The notes under the pieces: generated by a model
What the model saw: the letters and a program-made list of their open reading frames with translations, nothing else
The model's database searches: none
What the model was told of the DNA's origin: nothing
Position numbers and translations under genes: made by a program
Assembly: GCF_009914755.1 (NCBI RefSeq)
Contig: NC_060932.1
DNA: 64,000 nt
DNA from: the human T2T-CHM13v2.0 reference genome, Homo sapiens
Strand: one strand, 5' to 3'
Shown: positions 31,553 to 48,577 of the stretch, piece by piece
Layout: the number at the start of each line of letters is the position of its first letter
Position numbering within the stretch: position 1 is the stretch's first letter

Positions 31553-32184
31553 AGAGGCCAAAAAAGCCCTAAAATATACACGTAGAAGAGTACACTGTTT
31601 TTGAGTTGATTGCTCAACAAACGATCACAAATTGAATACATTCATGTAACCACCATCCAGGTCAAGGAATAGAACTTCAGCAGCAACCCAATTTCCTCCC
31701 AATCACTGCACCCCCTCCTTTTCCCCAGAGGTAAGTACCACCTGACTTCTAGCACTGTATATTAGTTTTTCTTGGTTTTTGAACTTTATAGGCTTTTAGA
31801 TGCTATAGGCTCTGAAACGACTCACTTCATGATGACTGATGCCCTATAGTGAATAGCTTGTTGGGTTTCTGATATAAGGAGAGAAAGAAACTCTGCTTTT
31901 TCATTTTTAAGTAATCTTATGCCTGAACGTCTGTTCATTCTTAGTACTAACTTGTCAGATACATACCCAAAGACTTAGTAGCATTAAGCAAATAGCACTT
32001 ATAAATTAAAACCTGCTTTTAATTAATGAGAATCAATCTATAATTTATGAATAATCATTTACTCAATAAAATTAATTACAGCCTTGCATACATGACCAAA
32101 ACTATGATACTAATCAAATCCACCCTGACTTTTTCTGTGTAACCTGTGGTAAGAATGTAAATAGGTTTGAAATGATTGTATTTG

Positions 32185-32430
32185 AGAAGCAGCACTACGG
32201 TTAAAAGCAACAGCTAGGGAACTAGACTTGGGGCTGAATCCTGGCTATGAGACTTAGTAGTTGTGTGTTCTCTATCTAATTACTTAATCTCTCAGCTTCT
32301 AGCTTCTTTACCTGTAAAGTGGGGATAATAAAAGCTGCCTCATATGATTGTTAATGAAGAATAAATGAATTAATACATGTAAAATATTTATTAGGATAAA
32401 CACAAACATGTGTTTGCCATTATCATTAGT
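32185..32430 (+). mobile_element. MIR
   Basis: gaatcctggct..acttagtagttgtgtg..acttaatctctc..ctgtaaagtggggataata core. Confidence 0.8.
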
Positions 32431-32491
32431 ACTTAGAACCATCTTAGCTTCAGAAAAGCAGCATGAAGCCTGATGTACATGCACAGGGTCA

Positions 32492-32710
<219 letters not shown>

Positions 32711-33073
32711 TCAGAAAAGAAAATGGGGTAAGGAAGTGGGCAGGGAAGAAACAAGAAACACAAATCAGCACTGTTAAGCTGTGATTTTTCTTTTATTTCT
32801 CCAAACATATGGTATTATTAAGCAATTCATCTAACTTCTCATTTATGGAAATCAGTACAAAAGTTCTAAGGTGATTGAAGTTCCCATGCACAACAGGAGG
32901 GCCTGAATAGAAACCAGGTAGTGATTTTTCAACTGAACATGCACAAACCACTCTAAAGAAATTGCTCTATCAGCTGTCACTTCTAGCTGCACCTAGCAGC
33001 TAGAACAATAGTACAGCAAGTGTTCAACAGGTATTTGTTGAATAAGTTAATGTCAGATAGAAAGAAAAGGCTA

Positions 33074-34910
33074 TGCTGCCTACAGCGTCTGCTCCACCCC
33101 TGCTGCCCGCTGGAGCCCTAGTGGCTCCCTCGCTTGGCAACAACACAAGTCTCATGGCCGCAGCAGCTGCAGCTGCAGCAGTGGCAGCAGCAGGCGGACC
33201 TCCAGTCCTCACTGCCCAGACCAACCCCTTCCTCAGCCTGTCGGGAGCAGACGGCAGTGGCGGTGGCCCCAAAGGAGGGACCGCTGACAAAGGAGCCTCA
33301 GCCAACCAGGAAAAAGGCTAAATCCACCCTTACCCCTCCTGACCCCCCAAGTGGAGGGAACAGATCCTGGCCTGAGGGGTCCTAGCCTGGAGCAGGCGCC
33401 TGCGCCCAGACCCTGGAGAGCCTTGACCCAGAGCCTGTGCTGAGGTCCAGGGAGTGTGGAGAGCTCCTGGTGTCAAGGACTGAGACTGAGAGGGGAGCCC
33501 CCTCCATCTGGCCCCCTTCCCTTTCTGTACTGTCCGCTTTGTGAGGCTCAGAGGAAGGACAGTCTGCAAGCCCACCTAGGAGGTCCATCCCCAGCAAATG
33601 TTTTGGAGGTCCCCCCAGAGAGCACAGTGGGCCATGGAAGAAGTAGGGGGTTGGTTGGACCTGTCACATGAAATGGATCAGCACTTGAATGGGGAGAAGT
33701 GGAGGGAGAGGCCCTGGGCCTGTCCCTGCGGGGAAATCTTTTATGGAAGAAGGGCTGGACCCACTTTACCTGCAGTTTCTTCCCAGCTCAGGCAGATGGC
33801 AGAAGGGACCCCTTGGACTTTTTCTCGCCATCCCTCCCCCCAGCGCAGGGGCACAAGCTGAGCTTGTAAAAGCCCACAGATGTTGGGGGCTGGAGAAGGG
33901 GCAGGAGAGCATCACACTCAGCCCCAGCCTCCTCAACCTCTTGGGGCCCTGTGATGGGGAGGAGACGGCAGGTGCGGGGAGGCTCCGGCCTTCCTTGGTG
34001 CCCCGCCCTTTGTTTGCACTATTGGACTTAGGAGTGCCGAGGGTGGGGAGATGGAGCTGCCTGACTCAGTGTGTGAGTGTGTGTGCGTGCATGTGTGTGT
34101 GTGTGTGTGTGTATGTGTCTGTCTGCCTGTCTCTCTCCTCCTGGACCCAGGGCAGCCAAGGGCAGGGATAGGTGCAGTGGTCAGATGAAGCAGTGCCAGA
34201 GAGGGGACCTCCCAGCTCTTATTTGCACCCTCCCCACCTCACCAACTTTGGTCCCTCTCTGGGGGCATGAATGGTTAACAAACACCAGAGCAGTACTCCA
34301 ATATTGGAGAGTCACTGGGGGCACAGGGCTTTGAATCAGGGTAGTATCCTGCCTTCCCTCCCCTGACCCCACATGGTCTCAGGGCCCCCTTAGGGCCCCC
34401 TACCCCACTGATAGCTTCCTCCTTCTCTGGCACAAGGGGAGCCCCAGGGCTTGGGGGAGGGCGTAAGGTGGGGGGAAATGCCACAGCTTTTAGCAAAAGC
34501 CTCCCTCCCAGAATTAGCCAGCTTGCCTCCTGCACCCCACCCCCACCAACCAGGGGAGCCACTAAGCTGACTAACAACTGTCCCCTCACCCACCAGCTAT
34601 TTCCCCAGTGTAGAGTGGGCAATTCTCACCTTCAAAGAGTCCCCACCTGCCCAGGCCTTTGGCACAGAGGCTGAGTGGACAGTCAGGAGAGAGGCGAGAG
34701 GCAAGGCGAAGCCGGTGTCCCTGTTTCAGTTGCACTGGGGTTGGAGCCCAGGGTAGGGGTTTCCAGCTTCCCCAGGCTCCGGCCTTGTCAGTCTCTTTGC
34801 ATGTGTGGATTTTTCTGTGTGTTTCTGTTTGGGTTTTTGTTGTTGGGTATTTTTTTTTTTTTTAATAAAGAAAAGAAGATGTGTATATTTTTGGCAACGA
34901 CCAAAAAAAA
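33074..34910 (+). pseudogene. MLLT6: 5'-truncated processed retrocopy of MLLT6 (AF17): C-terminal coding segment plus ~1.6 kb of 3' UTR
   Basis: ORF LPTASAPPLLPAGALVAPSLGNNTSLMAAAAAAAAVAAAGGPPVLTAQTNPFLSLSG...KGASANQEKG* matches my recall of the AF17 C-terminus. It is a GC-rich island in an AT-rich intron, with AATAAA at 34864-34869, a short A tail and a perfect 15-bp TSD AGAAAGAAAAGGCTA at 33059-33073 / 34911-34925. Confidence 0.92.
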
Positions 34911-35576
34911 AGAAAGAAAAGGCTAGACATATGTAAAGGTATCTGATAAGATACAAATATTGATATAGCAAGAACATAAAGGCAGGCCAGAAATAATTTC
35001 ACCAATTTCTATTATGCTTTTAGAACAGCGCTATCCAAACTAGTTGTGTAAAACCAGGAGGCTTTTCTAGTTATCTTGGGGATTGGTTAGAGTTTAGTTA
35101 TGAAATCTTCAAAACAAAATTTTAATAACTTTTGAATTAAAAATCAAACTATATATGGTATATTTAAGAGGTCTAAGGAAGGAAGGAAGGAAAATAAGAA
35201 TCACTGTAACAATCACAAAGTATTATGGTTCTAAGAAAATGTGGAAATAATTAGATTTTCCATAGTTATTTGCCATATGAGGCCACTAATGTCTCTTCCC
35301 TAACTCTAGAAAATGATAATTCTCTCCATAAACTAGTAGAAAATATTTGGTGGTTCTGTGATGTAGCCTAATTCTACTGAACATGAAAAGACAGCCCAGT
35401 CAAATTGGGCTAAATCTTGAGGACCGTAAGTGTAGTTCATGCTGTAGGGAAGTCAAGAGTCGAGTGGGGAACTTACAGCAATTGGGGTTTCCCTTCTTTG
35501 AATCTCATCCTGGAGATGCCTCAGAAGCAAGTGGGCTATAGATGGAACTCAGAATGTAATATAAAAACTATAGCTG

Positions 35577-35890
35577 GGCCAGGCGTGGTGGCTTATGCTT
35601 GTAATCCCAGCACTTTGGGAGGACGAGGCGGGCGGATCACGAGGTCAGGAGATCGAGACCATCCTGGCTAACACAGTGAAACCCCGTGTCTGCTAAAAAT
35701 ACAAAAAATTAGCCGGGTGTGGTGGCGGGGGCCTGTAGTCCCAGCTACTCGGTAAGCTGAGGCAGGAGAATGGCACGAACCCGGGAGGCGGAGCTTGTAG
35801 CGAGCGGAGCTTGCGCCACCGCACTCCAGCCTGGGCGACAGAGCGAGACTCTGTCTCAAAACAAAACAAAATAAAACAAAACAAAAAAAA
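35577..35890 (+). mobile_element. AluY
   Basis: CpG-rich. TSD AAAAACTATAGCTG at 35563-35576 / 35886-35899. Confidence 0.95.
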
Positions 35891-36389
35891 CTATAGCTGA
35901 TACTCTGGAGGGAATGGAAAAAATAAAGAGAGATCTGTGGAATACAGACCTAAAGCACTGAAAAGGCAGGATCACAAACTAAACAACTAATTCTGGAGGG
36001 AGCAGAACTGATGAGCCAGAGAAAACAAGAATTTACAATAATCCTAACAAATATTCTCAAGGGCATGTAGGAGGGCACTGGAAACAAATAGGGACAAGGA
36101 GTTATAAAAAAGGACCAACCAGATATAGTAGAAACAAACAATTTAATTCAGGGTTGAATGAATACAGTTGATGAATGAATTAATAAGATGGAGAGTGGTT
36201 TGAAACATTCCTAGAAGGCATGGGGAAGAGTAAAGAATAGGAAAAATGACAGAAAAATGAAAGGGCATGAAAAATAAAATAAATATCAATATGTGATAAA
36301 TGGGAGCCCTAGAAGGAAAGAAAAAGCTAAAGTTAAATATTTGAAGAACTGCTAATTAAAATTTCTCCACAATTCTTTTTTTCTGGGGG

Positions 36390-36680
36390 GTGGGGGGTGA
36401 TGGAGTCTTGCTCAGTCGCTCAGGCTGGAGTGCAGTGGTGCAATCTCAGCTCACTGCAACCTCTGCCTCCTTGAGTTCAAGTGATTCTCCTGCCTCAGCC
36501 TCCCGAGTACCTGAGATTACAGGCACCCTGCCACCACACCTGGCTAGTTTTTGTATTTTTAGTAGAGACGGGGTTTCACCATGTTTGCCAGGCTTGTCTT
36601 GAACTCCTGACCTCAAGTGATCTGCCCGCCTTGGCCTCCGAAAGTGCTGGGATTACAGGCATGGGCCACCATGCCCGGCT
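36390..36680 (-). mobile_element. AluS within an old A-rich L1-like sequence (~35950-37450)
   Basis: Full Alu body. TSD approximately AAAAT(T/G)TCTCCACAATT. Confidence 0.88.
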
Positions 36681-37475
36681 AAAAATGTCTCCACAATTAA
36701 GGAAAGATTGAATAGACTTATTGTGCACCAAACAAAAGAGATAAAGAGGAAAATATCAACACTTTGACAAATTATAGTGAAATTTAAGAAAAGAAAACAA
36801 TTCTAGAGAGAAAAAGCAGGTCATTTAGAAAGGAACAAGAATTCCATTCACATTTGACTTTTCAACAGCAACATGAGTACTATATCCAATGTTTTTATTA
36901 AAAAGGAATTTTGAATCTAGGCTTCTATATCTAGCTGAATTCCCATTGCAATGTGAGTGAAATAACAATGTTCTCTAGCATCTAAAAGGCTTCAAAAGAA
37001 TATACCATACACTGACATACTTTGCAAACACCCCTGAAGAAAGTATTCCCACAAAATAATGAGTAACTCCAGAGAGCCTACTCTACATATCTCATATCTA
37101 CAGCGATATGAGAATCGCAGGTTAGTAAGCAACTTAGTAACATCTGCTATCTAAATAAGCAATATCCAAAGTGGGGGGGCGAAGTATAATGATCCAGGTA
37201 TCAAATCCTAGGAGACAACAAATTGATGGAAAATAAAGAGGGAGGTGGGCAGGGAAGGCAAAAGCATGCTAAATTGTTGGTCTATTTTGAAAAGGAGATA
37301 TAGATATTGATTAAATTTAGAAATTGATGGAAAAAAAAACTTAAGTATGAGTCTTAAGTTAGGAATAACCACCAGAATAAGAAAAATAGAACACAAAATT
37401 CACAACTAATGGAAGTAATTTTGAACCATTTAATAGAAAGTAGTAAAGAAGGAAAAAAGAAAAAAGAAGAAACAG

Positions 37476-38092
<617 letters not shown>

Positions 38093-38490
38093 ACACTGGA
38101 AAACAGAGAACAGGAATACAGGAATTAAGACGGCAGAAATAAGTCTTAAAGTAACAGTGATCATGAAGAATGCTAATAGGTGAAACTAATTGATCAAATG
38201 ACTGATTTTATTTTATTTATTTATTTTTTATCTTGAATCCTGCAGGAAATGATTAAAAAATTATTTTTAATAGAGATGAGGTCTTGCTATGTTGCCCAGG
38301 CTGGTGTTGAATTCCTGAGCTCAAGCAATCCTTCCACCTTAGATTCCCAAAATATTGAGATTACGGGCATAAGCCATAGTGCCTGGCCTGATGTTTTCAT
38401 ATAGAAAAATAAAGAAGATCCATAGAAAAAAGTGTGGTGTAAGTAGATATTCCAGATGTCTACTTTTAGTATTGTGGCAGCCTTGGTATT

Positions 38491-39520
<1,030 letters not shown>

Positions 39521-41139
39521 ACAGTTTTGAGGAATTATCCTATTGTGGAAAAACTAGATCCTGTATAGGATACTTTCTCTGAGACACTGTTTATCTTGCA
39601 AGAAGTAGAGGAGTCTCCAAGACACCTGGATAAAAGATCAGCTTAAAAAATTCAATAGTGTAATTCTACTCTTGGCAATATTACTTATAAGGATGTGCAG
39701 TAGAAAATAAGATATTATTCACAATATCTAAGAATTAAGCTATTAAAGAATGCCTGACTATTAGAAAGAAAATGTTAAAACTCTACTAAAAGATCTATAA
39801 TTTCAGAATTGAATTAGAGAACTATACCATGTGCATGAATATGATGACTTGGTAGTGTAAAGATATTCATTCTTCCCTATTTATTTAGTTATTTTGTTCA
39901 ATTCAATTTTGACAAAAATACCAGCCCCAGGATTTTGGGAGAAAACTCAACTAAAGAACTCTGAAAGTTCTGCGAAAGCATAAATAGCTAAGAAAATCTT
40001 GGAAAAGAAGAGCAGAGAAGGGCTTATCCTACCAGGTATTAAAACATACATAGGTATAATCATAGAAACAATATGATATAAAGTCAGAAATAAACTAGTA
40101 GACCAATGGAACAGAATCACCAAGAAAATTATTGTTTAGTAAATGATGTTGAGAAACTAGTACATAATATGGAGAAACCAGAGTTGGATCCTTAGTACAT
40201 AAATATACAAAAGTGAATTCTAAATGGTTTAATGATTTAAATAACAAAAACAAGACATGGTAAGGAAGAAAAAAATATAAAGGTTTGGTTGTTTTTAGGG
40301 GCTTTCTCTGACCCTTTTCCTTCACATCATCCTTCTAGATGGACTTACAGAGCATGGGGATGGGTATATAAAAGAGGTGCTCTTTAATAACTAAATTTTT
40401 TCACAAGAATACATGCAGGGTGAACAGTGGGGGAAAAGGACTTTATGTATGTTTGGTCATATATAATGAATGTAGAATGAATTAAGAAGTTTTTAGTATT
40501 ATAATCACAATTTCACCAAAAAGAGCAAGGAAATATAAAGAAACACAAATATATATGACAACATAAGTCAGACTATGTGTAATAATGTAATAATATAAAG
40601 GGCTTATATTTTAAAATTACAAGTTGATGTTGAATTCAACTTAACAAAAATTTTTGAATACTTCTGTTCTAGATGCTATGTTATGCATTGGGGATCAAAT
40701 ATGAAGAAGCCACAGACCCTGAGTTGAGGAACATAAAGATTATGCTGGAAGACATAAAGGTAACAGAAAAAATCAATATAATGTGATATTGTAATATGAT
40801 GTAATATAATATAATATAATGTAATATGTAATATAGTGTAATGTAATATAATGTAATATGATATATTTAGAAGACAGGGCAAAGAGGCAATCATCCTGTG
40901 TGAGTGTTCAGGAAAATCTTCTTAGAGGAGATAATGTCCCCTGGAAGAGACAAATCTAGAGGGATAGATATGAGTTAGAAGATAATTTCAGATAGTAAGA
41001 ACAATATCAACAAAAGTATAAAGGCAAGAGACATTTGGTAGTAAGGTTCAACATAAAACGTGAGTCAGAGAATTTTGGTGGATGCGCCTAGAGTGGTAAT
41101 TAGGAACTAGTTCATGGAACATCTTATTTATGACGCAAA

Positions 41140-41940
41140 GGAGCTTGTAGTGTTCTCTAGGCAGTGAAGAACCTCTGTGGTGCCCATAAAATACACTACT
41201 GAGACCTCTTGGTACAGTGAGCATAGTTGACTGACAGCTCCACTTGCTACCCTCTGGATCCATCACTGCATTCTCATCAAGCCCACATTTCCCCACAGCT
41301 GCGCCTCGCCAATGACTGATCATAGTAGAGGCACTAGTGCAGGCCCATTCTTGCCAGATGCAGGTATCCTTTACAAGGCAACTTTGGCTTGATGCATCCC
41401 CACAGACCTGCCAAAGCCTTTCTTAGAGCTGCATATTAGTCTGAGACTCTTCCAGCCCCATCCTTCTTTTCCCTCTCTTTTCATAGGTTTCTGACCTGCA
41501 TCATGGCAAAAAAGCTGTCCTAGCCTATTCTTTTTTTTTTTTTGAGACAGAGTCTTGCTCTGTCACCCAGGCTGGAGTGTGGTGGCATGATCTTGGCTCA
41601 CTGCAACCTCCACCTCCTGTGTTCAAGTGATTCTCCTGCCTCAGCCTCCCAAGTAGCTGAGATTAGGTGCGCACCACCATGCCTGGCTAATTTTGTATTT
41701 TTAGTAGAGACGGGGTTTCACCATGCTGGCCAGGCTGGTCTCCAACTCCTGACATCAAGTGATCCACCCGCCTCAGCCTCCCAAAGTTCTGGGATTACAG
41801 GCATGAGCCACTGCTCCCGGGCCCTGTCCTGCCTATTCTTGCTTCCTCTTCTTTATTCTTCAAAGGTGTTTCCTTCGAATACATCTCTTGTCATCTAATC
41901 CTAAGTTGATGCCTGCTTCCTGGAGATCTTGAGCTACCAT
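41140..41940. mobile_element. LTR16-like LTR with an inserted AluS (41531-41823, minus)
   Basis: LTR16-like sequence. Alu TSD CTGTCCT(A)GCCTATTCTT. Confidence 0.7.
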
Positions 41941-42383
41941 AACTGTGAAGTTTTTTTTTAATCACCACTTTATTGAGATATAATTTACATACGACTTTAA
42001 AGTGGATAATTCAGTAGTTTTTAGTATATTTATCGAGCTGTGCAACCATCACCATTATCTAATTTTATAACATTCATTTCCAGAAAGAAACCCCATACTT
42101 TTTAGCAGTCAATTCACATTTCTCTTCCCCTCAGTCTCTTAACCATGAAGGATTTTAACGCATGGTCAAATTTTTATGTTAGACTGATCTTGTAAAAGTT
42201 TATAGGATAGATTTGTAAGAGGCAAGTCTATAATCAGGGAGACCAAATCAAGACACAATTACAACAATCTGGGCCAGAGATATTGACAGCTGGAGGTAGG
42301 ACAGTGGTATTACGAACGGTACCAACGGGGTGCATCAAAGAAATATTTGGAAGATTAACTAATTGGACTTGGTGACTGGTTGA

Positions 42384-42748
<365 letters not shown>

Positions 42749-42963
42749 ACGACAGTAGTTGTTTTGAATGAAACATTGAATAGATGAGAAGGGATGTGGA
42801 CATATAGGGAGAAAAGGAAGATGTCTATTTCATTTTGGACATGTTAAGTTTGGCTGCCAATAGAGATTTCTAATGGGGTACTAAAGATAAATATGAAGCT
42901 CCAAGGAAATACTAGGCTAGAGAAAAAGATGTGGGGGTCATTATCATTTTGTGAAAGTAAAAT

Positions 42964-43250
42964 CGGCTGAGTGCAGTGGCTCATGCCTGTAATCCCAGCA
43001 CTGTGGGAGGCCAAGGTGGGCGGATCACTTGAGATCGGGAGTTCGAGATCAGTCTGAACAACATGGTAAAACCCTGTCTCTAGTAAAAATACAAAAATTA
43101 GCTGGGTGTTGTGGCGGGTCCTGCAATCCCAGCTACTCGGGAGGCTGAGGCAGAAGAATCACTTGAACCCGGGAGACGGAGGTTGCAGTGAGCCACTGCA
43201 CCCCACTCTGGGCAACAGAGCGAGACTCTGTCTCAAAAAAAAAAAAAAAA
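42964..43250 (+). mobile_element. AluS
   Basis: TSD AAAGTAAAATC. Confidence 0.92.
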
Positions 43251-44445
43251 GTAAAATCACTCAAAATGAATAAAAAGCTTCAAACTGTGGGGAATATCAG
43301 TATTTAAAAGAGGCAAGGAGTATAACAGGACTCTGTCATTCACACTAGGAAGGAATTGTCAGGAAAGTAGGAGGACCACAAGATACTGATGTCAGAGAAT
43401 CCAGGGACTTGATGTTTCAAGGAGAGTGTGGTTAGCCTGTAAAATGCAGAAAAGAATTTCATTTAATTTTATAGTAACAAAGTAACTGGGGACTTTTGCT
43501 TTAGAAAAGTTAGTGGAGTGGTAGGGTCAAAAGCCAGATGTTATATGTGCTTAGAGGAATGAATGGGAAGAAAGGAGAAGGAGATAGTAAGTATAGACTA
43601 TCTGTTTTGGGAAGCTTGGTCTACAAGTGAAGAAAATATATAAAATGATGGCTAGAGGTAACCTTGGGGATAAGAGGCAGATTTAAGATTTTTTTTTGGG
43701 AGGACAAGCATATCTAAAGAAAGAATAGGGGAAAAGTATAGATGAAAAAAGAAAAAGAGGGATTTGATACGAGAAAGTTCTAGAAAAGATGTGAATGGGT
43801 GGAATCAGCAACCAGGTGGAGTGACAGGCCTTGAATAGTAGATGGGACTTCTGATTTCCTGTTTTCTTCAAATGTCTTTGATTCCTCATCCCATCAGTAA
43901 GAAACTTTTTGCATATCCCTGATATATATTTTTAGTTTATATATGTGTCTCTTGTTTGTAGGCTAATATTATATAAAACATACCAAAATAATATTTAAAA
44001 TGTTTAGAGATGAATTAAACTATAATTAAAATATTTTTAGTTTTTAAATTAATTGTGTAGAAAGGCATTAATTCTCTTAAAATAAGGATGAGAAAGATAG
44101 ATGAAATCTAACTTAAATAACTTAGTGTCTACATGTTGTTTTTCTTCAATGAATTTATGATATAAATGATGATATAAAAGAATGTGAGAACATAAAGTTC
44201 TTGGTTGATCTCCTAACTGGCATTTGTATGGAAAAGTATGTGTATTGCAATCTGTTGTCTCTCTGGACATTCAAAACACCTTTTTATTTCTCTAAAAATA
44301 AACACTGGAGAGTGAATTCAAAAAATACATGGAAAAATGATTATACTTAAATATTTAATGGAAAAAAGAACATGCAATTGTATAAATGAGATGGTTAAAA
44401 ACAAAGGAAAAAGATAAAATGAAGTAAAGATTAATAGTCATTTAC

Positions 44446-44742
<297 letters not shown>

Positions 44743-45464
44743 GTAGTCATTTGCTAGGCTGGCAATATGGTATTATTTATTTCTTTTTCTTTTTTTTAAA
44801 TAGAGATAGAGTCTCGATATCTCGTCCAGGCTGGTCCTCGGCCTTCCAAAGAACTGGGGTTACAGGTATGAGTCATCATGCCTAGCCTAATTATTTTTTT
44901 CAATGTTTTATTTCTGTCATATTATCTCAATTTTAAGTAAAAAAAATTAGAAAAGAACAATCGAGATCTGAAATATATTTTTTAAAAATTTAAAAGATTT
45001 TAAAGGAAAATAAGTAAAAACAGAAAAGCAGCAGAAATATTTGGTTTTATTTTATGTTTGACAGCAACTGGTCCCTGTGGAAATTGACTTGACAGTTGCA
45101 GTTGAATCCTCTAGTAAGCAGTATTGGGAGATCATGGTTATTGTGACGTGTTTTCATTGTTATATTATCACTTTCAATGTTTTTCATTTATAGCTTTTAA
45201 ATTTCTCATAAATGGAATCACAATGCTAATTTAAAAATTGTCATCTTTTAAAAGATTTCTTTTTTACTTGCATCTCCCACTGTCAAATTATCCTGGAATG
45301 ACCCATGTTAAAAACTGAGCGTAGTTAACATAGTTTACAAATACACATACTGGTGTGCAGTGTGTGTGTAAACAAATACACATAGTTTACAAGTACACAT
45401 ATGTACTCACACACCATGCATATATGTATCTTGATATAGCTATATAGGTATAAATTACACATTC

Positions 45465-45603
45465 ATATATATATATACACACACACATATATATACACAC
45501 ATATATATATACACACACATATATATACACACATATATACACATATATATACACACATATATATACACATATATATACACACACACACATATATATATAC
45601 ACA
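45465..45603. repeat. Compound (TA)n/(CA)n microsatellite
   Basis: Alternating ATATAT/ACACAC blocks. Confidence 0.95.
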
Positions 45604-45966
45604 AAAGAGCTATTTTTACTCACAAAACAAGATCATAATCGTACAATTTTTTTTGCCTCTTGCTTTTTTCTTCAATGATATTTTGTGGAACTCCTTCCAT
45701 TCAGATTTGAATTCATTCTTTTAAATTCATTCTATTGTAACATAATTTAGTCTCCTGCCTGCCTATTGTTGGGAATTATGCTTATTTCTCTCTCTTTACC
45801 ATGATGAAACAATACTACAATAAAGAAAGTGGGGACATGACTACTGACCTGAAAGAAACAATAATGCAATAAGCATCAAAGTATATGTATCCTTACATCT
45901 GAGTGCTTTTATTTCTATGGGACAGACTTATAGGAATAGGGCCCTGGGCTGAAGGAGATATGTGTG

Positions 45967-45968
<2 letters not shown>

Positions 45969-46015
<47 letters not shown>

Positions 46016-46016
46016 A
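45969..46016. repeat. (CA)n microsatellite
   Basis: About 20 perfect CA units. Confidence 0.95.
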
Positions 46017-46221
46017 TTTTAAATAGGTGATAAATTCACATGATTCAAAAATTTAAAGTTATAAAAGGATATTTTTAATTTTCATAGATTTTTTGCCAGA
46101 TTGCTTGCTAAGATTGTTACTATTTATATTTCCACAAGTAGTGTGTAAGAGTACCATCTCTCCTTCATCCCTACTAGCAATACTCTACAAGTGTATCACC
46201 TTTTGATTTTTGCCAGTTTGA

Positions 46222-47747
<1,526 letters not shown>

Positions 47748-48161
47748 TCAATTATTGGACTCTCTGTTCTGTTCTGCTGTTCTATGTGTCTATTCTCACG
47801 TTGTTACCCTAACAATCTACAGCAGCATTAAAGTATGCTCTGATACAGGCAAGAGACAGTTCCCTTGCTACTCTTTTTACAGTTTTATCAGCTTTTTTGT
47901 CTACTTATTTTTCCATATAAACTTTATGATCATTTTATCCAATTCCTAAAAGCAGAATACAAAATCAAAAAAACCTTCATTGAGATTCTAACTGGAATTG
48001 CATTCAATTTGTACTGATTTGGGGAGGATTTTATTATATTGAGTCGTCCTATCCAAGGACAGTTTTATGCCGTTCCATTTGTTCAGATTCTTGATTGCTG
48101 TTGCTGTTGTCATTATTGTGGATAGACAGCCGTTTTTCAGATGGTCTTCTCAGAACGGTGA

Positions 48162-48577
<416 letters not shown>

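Noticed and set aside
33312-33320. AAAAGGCTA at the MLLT6 stop codon matches the end of the TSD
   Set aside because: A 9-nt A-rich match 240 nt away from the junction with no mechanistic role evident. Treated as coincidence.
33330-34977. Many overlapping ORFs up to 160 aa on both strands
   Set aside because: GC-rich 3' UTR of the MLLT6 retrocopy. Low stop-codon density explains them.
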